From Magallana gigas (Eukaryota): DNA of 64,000 bases. Below, piece after piece: positions 43,280 through 57,428 of the stretch; position 1 is the stretch's first letter; the number at the start of each line of letters is the position of its first letter. Made by a program: the position numbers and the translations under genes. Below the pieces are notes generated by a model. It saw only the letters and a list, made by a program, of their open reading frames with translations. It made no database searches and was not told the origin of the DNA. The DNA lies in NCBI RefSeq assembly GCF_963853765.1, contig NC_088858.1, forward strand, positions 46,934,001 to 46,998,000. Reading direction: 5' to 3'.

Positions 43280-44906
43280 GTTGTTTGATCAGAGTGATCC
43301 TAATAAAGAGACAGTAATTGTCCCTATGCAGATTCTGTAATTATCAATTCAAATGATGGCGATGCCGGAAACCTTTGACACCTCTGACGACGTGCCTCTG
43401 CGCCAAGCAGCTGCTCATTGGTTGATTGGTGTGTGAAGTTACACCAAAGCGAGTCATCGACTCTCATTTGTCAATACACTCTTACCTGGGCAATCAAGAG
43501 ACGGACCTCAACACCTCTTACAAAATCTGATTTAAAAAATTGAAGAATTATTATGTGTTATTTCCTCATAATCAACAAAAGAGGTTTGTTTCCTCACCAC
43601 CATAAGATCCCTGCACTTGTTGTGTAGACCTATCGTCAACAGATGTTTTCCATGTTTTCATTTATTGAAGACCGTGGTGAATAAAGAAAATGTTTAATTA
43701 GGGTCACTCAGTTTGAAATATTTGCACACTTGTCAATAAATAAAGTGTAATTGAGAATACGTGTCGTACGAATTTGTTGGTGTTTCACAAACTATTCATT
43801 TCCTAAGGTACACTTCAAAATATCTTGATCCCAAAAAAACAAAAAAACACAAAAAAAAACACAAACAAACCCCCCCCCCCCCAAAAAAAAAAAACCATAC
43901 ATGTATTGTAACCTCATCATCAAATGTTGCACAGAAGGAAGACTGCGATATATAAGTTACTTCGTTTCTGGTGCATTGAAGTCATAAATACATCACATTG
44001 GACTGCTTTATGGGAAGATTATTGTTTTATGCGAACACTTGTACTCTTAACGCTTGTATGTGTCGACCATGCTGTTGTAATTGGCTTGTTCACTTGTCCG
44101 TCACTTTCTGTGACAATATTTGGCCTGTTTCTTAAAGTTAAGGCATTTGAAAAATACGACATTAATATTTTTTGTTTTAATTAAAGCAAGTTATATATAA
44201 TTAATTTTTATTTTATCATCACAGCAAGATTTGAAATTCAATAATATAATAAAGTAAGTCTTTATATTAAACATATACGGGGGATTTTGGTTTGAAATAT
44301 GCTCTGAAGATTCTGTTGAACATATAATTATTAAAATAAAAATTTTAAAAACAATTTCATCAGTGAAAAACTACGTGAATATTTTTTGTAATACATGTTG
44401 TTAAAGCATAAATAAGTTCCAAATATATCCTGAATAAAATAGCACAACACAATATTAATTGAAAATGACAGTGAGTATGAACTATACATTAAATGAAGGG
44501 ATCTAAAAACCTTATCCAAACATTCATTTAAAGGATGACTGCACTTAGCGCTGGGTTTTGGGTCTTTTCGGTCGCTTCAGTTGCGTTTATTTCTGAACCT
44601 TATACCACCTTAGTTTATTTTATCAAAATGTCTTGTCAATTTCCAGCATAAATTAAGATATTAGACAGTGAGACAATAACCCCATTCAATGTTTTTCTCC
44701 TGTTAACTTTCGAAAAAATTTTTTTTTCGCTTATCTGCCCTTGATCGAACATAGGATTGATATAAATATGCATGAGAGATGGAGCTGACGTTTTCAGAAT
44801 GGTACTAAAATTAGACTACCATGAATAACAATGTCATGTAAAAAATATGTGATCATCTTTCACCACAGCCCTTTCTATTCTATATGAAACAAGTATACTA
44901 TTTACT

Positions 44907-45074
44907 TAAGGAATAAGGAATAATTCTTTAAGTATTACAGAATGTATGATGTAATAATTTCGGTCGGGTCGTGGTCAAATCCAATAGAGCCCGAAGGGCT
45001 TTATGATATATTTGACCACGCTCCGACCGAAATTATTACCTCATAATATTCAAAGAATGATTATTTATTACTTA
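44907..45074. mobile_element. Fold-back palindromic MITE (second partial copy at 47860..47982)
   Basis: aatttcggtcgggtcgtggtcaaat...atttgaccacgctccgaccgaaatt with a central gcccgaagggc hairpin. Confidence 0.65.
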
Positions 45075-45104
45075 TTTTTATATTATTTCTAATTTGAACA
45101 TTTT

Positions 45105-45600
45105 GAAGGGACTTGGACACGATTTCTGATCAAAAATTTTATTTTTATTTTTTATGTATGAAATGGTTTACTGGTGCATTTTAAATGATTGACCAAAATA
45201 GTCAAGTTACGAGCGAGATACAGAGGTAAGGATTGGTTGTTATGTAATGAAAGCTCGAGTCATATAGTTGTTTACAAAAAATGTAATGTAGAGAATTACC
45301 ATTTCTTAGACAAAATGACATGTAAAAACAATTTAAACTAATTCAGTATCTTCATAAATACTATTATCAACAAAAGAAAGATACATTTGATTGAAACTTA
45401 CACGAGTACAACACATATGTAAAAAATGACAATATTCCAGCTTTGTTTACAAAACAAAGAATTACGAACCCTGTAACTTGCTTATAACTTGATATTTGGC
45501 TTTATTTGACCTATTTTTAAACCACAATTTTTTAATGTAGCACATGCTATGTATTACTACGCGGAGCAGCCAATATCGTTTTTCGGTGATGTTGTAAAAC
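45105..45600. mobile_element. Kolobok-like MITE, degenerate
   Basis: Starts aagggacttggacacgattt...atcaaaaatt, similar to the terminus of 59464..59950. Confidence 0.4.
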
Positions 45601-48600
45601 ACACCCACTCTGTGTCACTCGTGTTTTATGAAGTTATTGGGTTTTAGAGTTCAAAATTGATTCGTAATATTATCACAGACAAAGACAGTTAAAAATGTAA
45701 ATATTATGGTATCGCCCATGTAAGTAAAGAAGACTCTAAATCAATGCTTGAGAACTTTTAAAATGTGTTCGAAAACATTTTCCTCGTTAGCACATAACAT
45801 GATATCTTACACGTCACGTGATAGAATTCTGTATTCACAGAATTACCCGAGGCGCGGTGAGAAATCACGTGGTGAATTATAATATTCAACATGTTTCAAC
45901 CCTTGGTTACAAAAGAGAAAGCAAAAGTAAGAAGAAGCGGATTTTTCTCAATTAAACCATGAATGCATGGTTGTTTATTTATCTCCCATTGACATATAAT
46001 TTAGATATTGCAAATACACAACTACTTTTTAATAGAGATCAATACAGACAAACATGCGCTGACTATGTATGAGGTCAGTATAAAAGTGGGCGTCCTCATC
46101 GTATGGAGATTCAAGAAATCGTGATGACCCCGCCTATTAAAACAAAATGAAAGAAAACTGCTTGATTTAAAAGTTTATTTGTTCGTAAATATCGCATTTC
46201 CTTTCGTGAAGTCATCCTTTACATAAGAAGTAAAGATGTTTATTGATCTCTCCTGTTACATGCCAAAAGAATACAAGAATTGGAAAATATCTATTCAGTA
46301 CAACCAAAAATTTGTTAAAAATTAAAAAAAATGAGCCAGTGTAGTACATGCAAGATATTTACATTTAGCCCATTTAACCCTATTTTTTTTAAAATTTGGT
46401 TTTTAATTACACAAACTACAAATTACAGTTAATAAGAACTGATTTCATTATGAAAAAAGTCTCATTCAAAACAAAGCTTTGTTGCGAAACTTACTTTTGA
46501 AAATCAAAAGCTTTCTGTAGACGCTGTGTGGCTTTCTTCGTTTTTATGTTCAATCAAACATCCAGTGCACTTGTTTCTAGAAAGAAAGAAGTCTTTGGTT
46601 ACATTTGAACCAAGATAGATATTTGCCTCTTGAATTGCCCCAATTGTCTTTGAATTGTACCACCCACAAGTGTACATGATACAGATAATTAAAATCTATA
46701 TCTCATCTGTTATTTGTGCCATTTGTGTTAACTAATTGAGAACTCGATCATTTGCAGTCGCTGCATAACGATACATTACTCCTCTATAACTGATGAACGG
46801 GAATAACAATAGTCTCTTTCATAACCCTTATGCAAATAGACGAATCATTCTCGAATTAAGTATTCATTAGCGTGTTTATTTGAAACATTTTAATGCAATT
46901 GTAAATGTATTAGTTCAATATTTCCTCAGAGTTTATATACTTTGAAATATTGACAAGACAGTAACAATGTTATCAATTTTCTTTTAATGTACATGTTCAG
47001 TGTATTAAAATGACTCAGCAGATACGATACACAATTAATAAATGACGTAGGATTATCTTTTGTTAACAGATTTTTAAGACACTAGTGAACATATTATGTT
47101 TACAGAAAAATAAACCTTTTTGTTGACCACCAACCAGCATGAACCGATGCACTATAATTATAAAATGTACAGCAGCATGACCACTAAATTATGAAGTAAG
47201 ACATATTTTCAAAGCATTCGGTTGTTGTAATGTCAGTTTTCAATATTTTTATAACACCTACCTATATCTAATTTAAAATTTAATTTTCATTACGCCACTC
47301 CTTTTATTCGATTCAAGGGTTAGTTGTGTTAAATCCGATATAACCAAAACCTTTGAATTATATAAATTATGTACGTAGGCCCACAGAGGGTACATGTTTT
47401 AATAGGTTTTTTTTTTGCATATTACACCGATCTTTGTATGTTCATATGATGTATCTCCTCCATTATTTTGTTTTGCGGTAAATTTGGACGCACAAACTTT
47501 AAGTATATTAAAGTAACTTAGCTTTTAACTATAAAATAGGGACAATAAGAAACGTATTCTGAAATTGTATAGGAGTCATGAACCGGTGGTTGATAGGGCA
47601 AGGTGGGCGTGGCCATTTTTGACCGTATTGATCTCCTTTAGAAAAAGAGCTCTAATCAAGGAATAAGGAATAATTTGATTTGAACATATTTTATTATGCA
47701 AATATAGTTAATTTACATAAATGGATTAGGCAGCAGGCAATGCCTATGTAAGCCTTCTCCATAAGGTGCAAGGTAATTTTAATACATATAAAGAATTGTA
47801 TGTTGAAGCATAAAGATATATGAATAAAAATATATATTCAGATGTATATAATTTAATTGTTGTGTATTATTTCGGTCGGACCGTGGTCAAATCTATCATA
47901 AATCGCTTTGGGCTTTATTGGATTTGACCACGGTTCGACCGAAATTATCACCTCATAATATTTCGAGAATGATTACTTATTAATTATATTTTTATAATTT
48001 TTAGCAAGTGTATGATAAAGTATTAGAATATTGACATATCTCTTTTAATTATGCAAACCCCGCTTGCACCCAAATTCATTTGAATTTATTGGACTATAGA
48101 TACAAAATCAATTCGTAGCGTTATCACATACCAAAGATATAGATAATATAAGAAATATAGGAAAAATACTCTAATTTATAAGGAAAAAATTATGGTCGTT
48201 TTATTTGCGAAATGATAACTTATAACTAAACATACTATTTCTTTAGATTTTAGGTAAATCTGATGATTAATGTTTTGACGATCCAGCATCCTTAAGCTAA
48301 TAATGAACGGAACATGGTATTCTTAACACGCACAGAAACTTACAGTAACACTTATATACGCTGTACATGTCTGCATCAGAGTGTCAAAAAGAAGTATTTG
48401 TTTCGTAGTTTTTCCGTCTAAGTATCTAGAAAAAATATTCTTCCTTTGTCGCAAAGAACAGTCAAGGAACTGTGATTTTATAAAAAGGTAAGTAAGGATT
48501 ATGAAACCTTCAATATTCAAATATATCCCAAAATTCTAATTTTTCAAATTTAACATGCTGGCATTTATATTACAAACTTCATAAAATAATCATAAAAATA

Positions 48601-48627
48601 CCTATTACTAAATCGAAAGAAAAAGTA

Positions 48628-49228
48628 CCGTATATCAGGTTTTTTCCGCGAGTATCCAATTTCCGCTTTGTTCACGACGATTTCCGAATCGCGGAAAATA
48701 AATCAGCGTAAATTTGATACAAAGTTTTGGTTTGGTTATAGAGTTCTCTATTTTCTGATAAAGTAAACAGGTAAGTAAAAGTAGGGTGAATTATATTCAG
48801 CTAGTTTAGTTAGAGGCACAAATTGCGGGATCGGAGGACGAGTGTCAGATAGTAGATTTGTAAGCCTCATTGTTTTTTAATAATCCATTGACAAGCTAGT
48901 TAAAACGGTCGCTTTCCTTGCGTAAACCGATGTCTTATTATACCTGAGCTACTGGTAGATGTAACAGTACATAATCTATTTATTTATGACTATTTGCGTC
49001 TAATTATTTCACATTAAGGAAATCGTGTTAATGGTTTCATTGTTCGAATTTTTCATTATTAAGAGCGACAATTTAAAAACTTTCACCCTCTTACCTCACA
49101 GGTTTAAACAATCGTATATTTTCAATGTGACTTTGAAATAGTGAAAATTTGATTCGTGTAAATTTTATATACCGTTCTAGGCTCTGATCCGCGGAAAAAA
49201 CATGACGCGGAAAAAATCTGATATACGG
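48628..49228. mobile_element. Tc1/mariner-type MITE directly downstream of the Gly-rich gene
   Basis: ta|ccgtatatcaggttttttccgcg ... cgcggaaaaaatctgatatacgg|ta. Confidence 0.75.
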
Positions 49229-49427
49229 TATTTAGTGAAATTATTTCGATTTTGTTTTGTTTCCACGAAAAAGAGAACAACCGGCACGAGTTAACACAAA
49301 TCAAATGTAGAATAAAACACAATCTGACCAGTCAAAAATTTAAAAATTGCAAAATTTATTCAACAAACAATCAACAGACTAATCATGGTTCAGTATAGTT
49401 AGATCCGTCAGTGGATGACTTTTCCTT

Positions 49428-50002
49428 CTAGTAGGTACCCTGAAATTCAGAAAGAAAACATGTTAATATTAGTAGATTATTTAATTAAAACCCAAGAAAA
49501 ACATGAACAAAAAAACCCCGAAAACTACTTATATTGTAAAAAATCGTTTAAATATTTAGAAATTAGAAAATATCAAACTACATGTAATTACCTTTCCATA
49601 TCTGTAACCTCCGTGACCCCCATGACGTCTCCCGTAACCGTAGCCACCGTATCCATAACCACCGAGATTTCTTCCTCCAAAACTTCCGAGTTGTCCGAGA
49701 CCTCCGAATTGTCCGAGACCTCCGAATTGTCCGAGACCTCCGAGTTGTCCGAGACCTCCTCCGTATTGTCCGAGACCTCCTCCGTATTGTCCGAGACCTC
49801 CGTATTGTCCGAGACCTCCGTATTGTCCGAGACCTCCTCCGTATTGTCCGAGACCTCCTCCGTATCCATATCTACCATAGCCTCCTAGACGTCCACCGTA
49901 TTGTGACCCGGAGCCGTATTGTCGGTTGCCGTAGCCATAAGAATTGTAACCATCGGCAAAAGCCGAGGCAATGAGAACAACAGCGCAAATCAGAGAAAAC
50001 AT
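49428..50002 (-). CDS. Secreted Gly/Tyr-rich low-complexity protein (shematrin/prisilkin-like shell-matrix candidate), ~140 aa
   Basis: join complement(49592..50002, 49428..49439): signal peptide MFSLICAVVLIASAFA, nine (G)GGLGQ[Y/F/L] repeats, GYG motifs, donor GGAAAG|gtaatt, last exon tttcag|GGT ACC TAC TAG; ends ...GGYRYGKGTY*. AATAAA at complement 49355..49360. Confidence 0.85.
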
Positions 50003-50289
50003 TCTGTAATCAAAAGTATTACGTGTAAAAATGTCAAACTGAAGTAATTCATCACATATTCATGTCTCTGTACATTCTTCAAAGATGATATTATAGAAAC
50101 AGTTTCTTAAAGAAAATCTTGAAAGCTTTAAACATGCAGTCCTGTATTTTTTGGTTCTTTTTTTAAAAACTTTAATTAAGTTGTAAAACTTAAAATAATA
50201 ATAGTTAAAGTGAAATTATATAAACCCTCTTAAAACGAGAATTCAAAGATTAAAATATAACTCTTAGCGTAGTTGAGCGTTTTACTTAC

Positions 50290-50351
50290 TTTTTGTGTTG
50301 GGTCCTGGCAAGGGCAGTAGTGTTCTATCAACACTGGGTTCGCTATATATA
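50290..50351 (-). promoter_or_regulatory. TATA box and short non-coding first exon of the Gly-rich gene
   Basis: TATATATA at complement 50344..50351; ~30 nt downstream a ~32-nt exon ends at a perfect GTAAGT donor (50289..50284); the next exon begins cag|A-ATG at 50003. Confidence 0.55.
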
Positions 50352-53300
50352 CCCTTACCTCCTCATCTGTATTCATAGTACCTGAGTGGAATACGAGGTG
50401 CTTTGTGTAATAAATCTTGTTGTGAACGAAATGAAAGCCACATAAAGAGGGTGTTTGATGTTTGATTAAGTTTATCATTACTCATTTTTTAATTTGATGT
50501 TAATGGGGCTATGACTTTGAGATAGAAAACAGTTAATTTTTACAAAAAATGAATAATGCGTAAAAGATTTATTTAATTTAATTCAAAATCTTTATTGATA
50601 AGGAGGAAAAGCCGATTAATCATCTGAATGCACCGTCTGGTGACGTGACGTTTTTGCCAATGACCCGTTGTTTAAGGTTTGGTGCGTCAATCAAAACACA
50701 GGGTATGACATTGATCAATTCTCTCCGTGACGGATTCCATGATCTTACTGCAGATTAGCTGCATGACGGAAGATAGCTGCTGGAATCTGTAGAACATCCA
50801 GGAATGTGTAACAATCCAATCAGTTCACGACCAAACATTCGGTTTCCCATAAATTGACAGAGGAGCTGTCTCACCCTCTTTTGAATTCATTAAAGGTAAG
50901 GTATGTACTGGTCTTAGATGACGAGCACTTGCGTTTTAAAAACGAGAAATAAAATGTATACTTGAGTAACTTAGTACGATTATCACCTTTTTTTTCGCTT
51001 TATAATGTATTACTTTTGCTTTATCATAATTATGAAAAATTCGGAAAGTGTCCCCCCCCCCAAAGATTTGATTAAAACGCTTCCAAAGTTTCAAATTACT
51101 GAGACAAGGAATTTTTTGTTCGAATGCCATTTATATGTTTAACAATAACAAAATATATCTTCTGATTGCATTTCAAAGGGCATTGACGGTTCAATAAGTC
51201 GAACTTTGAAAAGTTTAACAGCAAAGCCAGAATAGCTGACTTAAGACGTAAGGAAAGTATAATTTCAATACAACGTTGAATACTTCAGACAAAAACAACG
51301 CCGAGTGCATATAATCGAATTGATCTGCTAACCTCAAATAAAAATTTTTATGTAAGGTAGTTTTATAGTCAAAAGTAAAGAAACGTATTTCATAAAATAG
51401 AAAAAAATACTTCAAACAATTATACTGCATGGACATTTAACTTATTACAGTGTTACATTCGTACTTATTTCACTAGGCAATACATGTATGTAGTTTATTA
51501 TAAGTTGCAATACGTTAATTATTAATAATCTGACTTAAAAAATGAAATATGCGGTCTGTATTAATTAAAAACAGACTATAAATCTCATTAAAACACAGAA
51601 TAACCACTGAATTAAAATGTCAATTTACATAAGGGTTCGTGGTAACGACAGCATGGCAGAATCACTGTAGGCATTTACGAGATATGAAAAGTGATGTTTT
51701 ACTGTTGAAATGTAAACAGAAAAGCCGTGTTCCTGTGGATATATGTACAGCTGCACGTAGTTTCCCGTTACTATTAACTTTGCCTAAATCTCCTTACTTT
51801 AGAAAGGGATTTTGAAAGAAATCTTGATACCTTATCATATAGTAGAATTAAGTTGAGTTAATCTGTAAATAACAAGTTTATTAAAGATTTCTTCAATTTA
51901 TAATTATCGATTTGTATTTTGAAGTTGATAAATGTTTCATTCACATACATAGTTTGCATTGATTTTGAATTTAATATCAAATGTTTGCCGTTACTTAATT
52001 AAACGTAATTAAACTGGGTATTTATCACTTATCCCCAAAAATGGAACCATTATATTTGACATAGATATACATATGTACGTATGTACTAGATAGAAACCCC
52101 CAGATGAAATGTAAATAAAAACTCTTAATTTTTAATTATTTTCTTTAGCATTTCAAAATGTAAACATTAAATGTCGATAAAAACATGAATAACGTTAATA
52201 TATTATTTCCCTAGATAAACAAAGAATCGGCATAATGTCAAACACATTCGATTATTATCCTAAATTTGCGTCAAAAACTGTCTTCTTTTTAGCAATCGAA
52301 AAAAGTTGAATTCACTTAAATCCAACTTATAATTACCTAAAAACCCGTTTTATACTTTTAAAAGACCATAGAAAATTTAAAACTGAAGATCAGGTGGCTG
52401 ATTAAATTAAAGGAAATAGTCTTCATGTCTTTATTGTAATGATAATTAAATTAAAATCAAAGACCATTTTGTTTTCGAAGCAAGGTCGGGTCATGCTTTT
52501 ATCCCTCAACATAAAAGTCATAACTAGTTGTGCTCAATCACGTGACAACTGCGTTAATTTTCAAGCATTATGTTTCTTTTTCTTTCTTTCTTTTTTTTAA
52601 AAATAAATTACAAATGACTATTATTTACATATACACGTAATGCTTCCAAATTGGGATTTAGAAATAACCTAATATAAATATTGCTTGTACCAAGTTTCTT
52701 TTAATTTTTTGTAAAAATCTGAGACATTTTTGGCCTTTTTTATCATTCTTAAAAAATGAGATATGGTTATTTATAATTATATTCAATGTATTGAAAAAAA
52801 CATTTTATATCTATTTATTCGAAAATGCGACGCATATTTCCACATGCACAAGGCAGAAACAAGACTCCACCCCTAACTCATTCACAACCAGAAGGCTGTT
52901 GTTGGTTTTTTTAAAAATTAAATAATCTTAATTTTCCTTAATGCAAGGTTCAGGAGTTCATTAGGGTACTTATTTTTAAATTGTTGATACTAATACATTA
53001 AACTTATATGATTAAATCAAAACTGATGATAAAGAAGTTCATTCCTCTTACAATATTGGCATTTGTGTCGAATGCTAGTACATTCTTTATCACTACTTTC
53101 TTCATAATCAAGCAACAAACAAAATAATATATCAAATATTGATGCTTTGTGTATTTGAAAAATAGAGTGTAAGATTAATGGTTAGTCATAAACTTTTAAT
53201 GATGATAATTACAGTTAGCCCCTAATAAGATACTTAATTAATAGAGTTATTTAAATATGATAATGTTGATAAAAATGCATTTGATCGTGACTTAATTTTC

Positions 53301-54404
53301 GTTGAAAACACAGGTAAGCTATCAGGAATAATAAAAGGTTTAATTAACAATTTTACATACGATACAAAAAACACAATCTCAAAAAAAATTAGGACTTTTA
53401 AGATTGAAGTTTGATTAATTTCGTATGAAATTATTCACTACTTTAGATGATTAATTTATTGATTTCGCAGTTTTATCAATCAAATACAATGAAATTAATA
53501 CATGTATGTATGTGAAAATTAGTCATATGCTTCATATTTGTAATTTTATAGAATATTCGGAGAAATGTTTTCTAAGGTCATTTGAATTAAAAATAAAACA
53601 AATTGTATTTAAAAGGATGTTCAATTTAACGTCTAATATATACAATGTACAGAAAGATTAAAGCAATATTTATTTCTGAGTATAAATTAGACTTTGACAC
53701 ATGTTAGTTAGAGACGAGTTTGACAAATCAATTAAAAAAGAAGGATGTTAACATTTCCTCTAATCCATACAATATATGCCAAAACATTAATCATATATTG
53801 GTGGAAACGAAACACAATTTGGATATGAAAAAAAAAATCAGTATGTTTTGTATTGATAATTACACAAAACCTGTTTTTAAAATAAACGCAAAGATTCCCC
53901 TTTTTTTATATTGGTAAGTGCTCAATACACCTTTCTCTTTTGTATCTCTCTCTATTGTATATATGTAAATATGTTTGTTCTTCTTATGTACCTCTTGTAC
54001 CATTATATGGTGTTGAGTGAAATAAACTGAACTGAACTGAACTGAATCTTTCATACGTCTTTCAACGCATTCTAAGAAAACAAGAGTTTTGAAGTATAGA
54101 TATATAAATCACTTATTACATCAGGGGATAATTGACGACGTAAAGAACATTCCCCGTCTCTTTCATAAAAATCATGATAAAATACTGAGTAAAAAATAAT
54201 AACGAACTTAAAAAAGACATCACCTATATTTAGCATTTCATCAAACCGAATTCAAGACTTTAAATCATCTTCAATAAGATAATACGATAATTTGAAACAA
54301 CAATAAGATTATGATGTCAAGTGATCGATAAAATACTTGTACAGGTGTTTAGGCATAGAACTGCAATTAATTCTGTTACGATATATAAAATTTATATAAT
54401 ATAC

Positions 54405-54525
54405 GTCGGAAATGACTTATATAGTTCAAATAAAGAAATTACACCAACCTTTGCAAAGAATGTTGAATTTATGACGTCGGAAATGACATATAATTCAAAT
54501 AAAGAAATTACACCAACCTTTGCAA
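54405..54525. repeat. Two-copy tandem duplication, ~68 bp
   Basis: acgtcggaaatgac...ttcaaataaagaaattacaccaacctttgcaa occurs twice. Confidence 0.8.
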
Positions 54526-55344
54526 CCTTTGTTGAAGAGTTGGTAAGTTTTTTTTTCACATAGGATATTTAAAAATCATGCTTTTATAGGGTAAAAAACC
54601 ATTGGCATTAGTCTCATTTCTTCTCGGTATATAATGGTGTTTTTTCTTGTTATTAATTGTGTTTGTCGATGTTTTGTTTTGTTTTTGATTTAGCCAATTC
54701 TAACCACGTAAAAACCTTCATTTGTAAAAAATAAAAAAATTAAGAGAAAAAATTCCGTATATAAGCAGATCATAAGCACATCTTGCATGTCGACATAATT
54801 TATTGAAAAAAAAATAATTTGTATACGAAAAGGGAGACAATTGCTGGCAGGAGATAGAAAAGTTACTTCAAATGTATGAAAATCAGAGAATGAAGACAAG
54901 ATTCAACTTACGACACATCTTATTATGATATACCAGTACAATAAAACACATCTTCAGATGTGAGATCAATCTCGGTTCTTTACATTTATCGATATACATA
55001 TAAAATAAAAAAATATTTGAAGTTTTCACATACAGAAAAATAATCAATCATTATATTGATAGTAGTGTACACTGAATATGAAGGGAAAAAACCCACACCA
55101 AATAATTTATATGCAGACTTAATGAGATATTGTACTAGAAGCAAATAATGTATATTCGTCTCTACGTCTTAAAGGTTTTGATTCTTTAAATTTCTTTCAA
55201 TTTTCAAAATATTTGACAAGTTAAGATAGAAAGTAGTTATAAATTGGTTTCATTAAAAGTCTTAAGTCTGAGTTGGTAAGATAAAAAGAGAAATAAGTGC
55301 TAAATGATATAGTAAATTGCAAACTATTTTACAACTTAAAAAAA

Positions 55345-56232
55345 ATAGACATCATGAAGATGGTGACCATCTCAAAGGGCTCCTCGTAAATAGTGGACAA
55401 TATGATGAAAAGCATTTCAGAAGATTTTGCCTTGACCTTAACTTATGACTTAGAAATTTCGCAGTTGGCATATAACTTTAATTTCACTTCCTTATCCCTT
55501 ACCTATAAGGATTCCTTTGGTTTGATCCAAGCAAGATAAAGCCATTGGGAAAAAATTTATGTTCTTTGTAAATCTGCTATGACTGTCACTTTTGATCTTG
55601 AAACTTGACCAAAGGTCTCTGCACACCTTAACCTTACAAGCTCTGTTTATATCCAAACCAAATATGACTAAGGGGAAAGTATGTACTAGGATGCTTTGAA
55701 ATTTTTCTCCATGGTCCAGTATGACCTTGAACCTGGACCTTGAAACGTCATTCAAGGTCACTGCACATCTTTTGAGCAAAGGCACTCTGTCGGTAAAGTA
55801 TAAGCCATACAAATTGAGTAACGCGCGTTAGCGCGTTATGAAAATTTGTATGCACACACCGCTGCAGTTATGAGAGTGTATACTTAAAAAAATCATGATT
55901 TAATGCTTATTTTTACATTTTTTAACTTCTTGCCTTGTCTGCAAATGTGAATTATACCTTAAAATTCCTATCTTATCCTAAGGGTAAGTTAATATTAATG
56001 GAAGAGCCACAGTAACAGCCACAAGCGTGAACTTTGATTTTCGCTTGTGACGTTGCAGTTTACAGCGTTCAACGTTTGTGACGTCACTGCACATCCTTTA
56101 CTCAAAGGAACTCTGTGGTCGAAGTTCAATGCATAAGCCAAAGTAGCCCAAGGGGAAAACAGATATGCTCCGATCAAGTGAAATCAGACGGACAAACCTA
56201 CTACTATAGGCCGCACGCAGAGCCTCCTAAAA
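55345..56232 (-). mobile_element. Degenerate Helentron-like element interrupted by a nested repeat insertion
   Basis: gaccttgacc-type monomers and caaaggcactctgt blocks on both sides of the 55805..56085 insertion; the terminus acggacaaacctactactataggccgcacgcagagcctcctaaaa is HINE-like. Confidence 0.45.
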
Positions 56233-57428
56233 TCCTCCTTAATTTTGGAGTATCAGTGCATAGATATAATACTAAGACAAGATTTATATTATCCAAAAAT
56301 TAGAAAAGACCTTCGTCGAATCATATGTACTACATCACGTAAATTTATCTCGACACATTCTTAGTGAGTTTCTGTTTATCCTTATAAATCATGTAAAGAA
56401 AGAAATAATGCTTTTGTCGGAACAGTTTTGAATTGATTCACGGGATGTAGCACCTTTGATGGCATTCCTTAATTTAGAATAGTTTTGAGAAACAAATTCT
56501 TGACATGTTCTGTAAAGATATATATAATTTGACAAAATATAGAATATATCGACCATTTAATAAGAAAGGAATCATATATTTTAAAGATGTTTCACTCATA
56601 TCTGTACATTGATTGGCAAAAATTAAACATCTTTGATAATGTCATATTCACACTTTGTTATATTAAATACTTATATTGTGGAAGTTGTGATATCTACCAC
56701 CGCCATTGTATCGCCAAAGATATATATACCTAGTAGTTCTTGTAAGATAGAGAACTTTATTAACAATATTTTTCTGTTTTACAATAGTAAATATGATCTT
56801 TTAAATTTCAATCTTCGTTAGCCAAGGCTGGGGATCTACGGTGCTTCTCTATTCTCAGAAAAGAGAAACACCGGGGATCAATACTCGTATCAATACATAA
56901 ACAACAGATAAAACAATTTATCGAATTCAAACGAATCACTAAATGGCTATGAATTTGATTACAAATACTTTTTTTTGGTTTAACGCAGTCGATATGAACA
57001 TAGTTTATTGCAAGCTACGTCGTAAGTTTTGATCATTATTTGTACAAAGTAATGCTGATTGGTTTCTTCCAATTAATCAAATTCAATTTCCTCTTTGTCA
57101 TCCTCCAAAGAAAGTCATCCTGATTTCGCTCGTTAACCAATATTTAATACATGTGGTGAATAAGCGATGGAGTGTCATTGGTAACTACAAGCATAACGAA
57201 AATAAATATACATAGTAATAGCTTAATAATTAGGAGACACTATCTATACCAATGGAAAATGTTTATATACTTGGAGGAAAATATATTTGTTTGTAATCTT
57301 TGCATAAATTATGTAGTAAATATGTGTTTACCTTTATCCTTACTGTTGTTGCAATACATACATTAAAACCCTTGTGGCCAGCCCATTCAATTTAATTAGA
57401 AAGTTGCGTATAACATTTCGATTATAAC

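Noticed and set aside
49415-49888. 157-aa plus-strand Ser/Thr/Glu-rich ORF
   Set aside because: Antisense of the Gly-rich repeat exon; no signal peptide or splice support.
50359-50366. Alternative first coding exon ATG AGG AG|gtaag giving MRR-MFSL... for the Gly-rich gene
   Set aside because: It is in frame, but the TATA box, ~30-nt spacing and perfect GTAAGT donor at 50289 support a non-coding first exon better. It needs 5' RACE to exclude.
51000-55300. Very AT-rich intergenic stretch with several short ORF-track entries
   Set aside because: No splice-consistent exons, motifs or clear TIR pairs were found by eye.
55492-55812. 106-aa minus-strand ORF
   Set aside because: Falls within degenerate Helentron monomers; no transposase or other motif.
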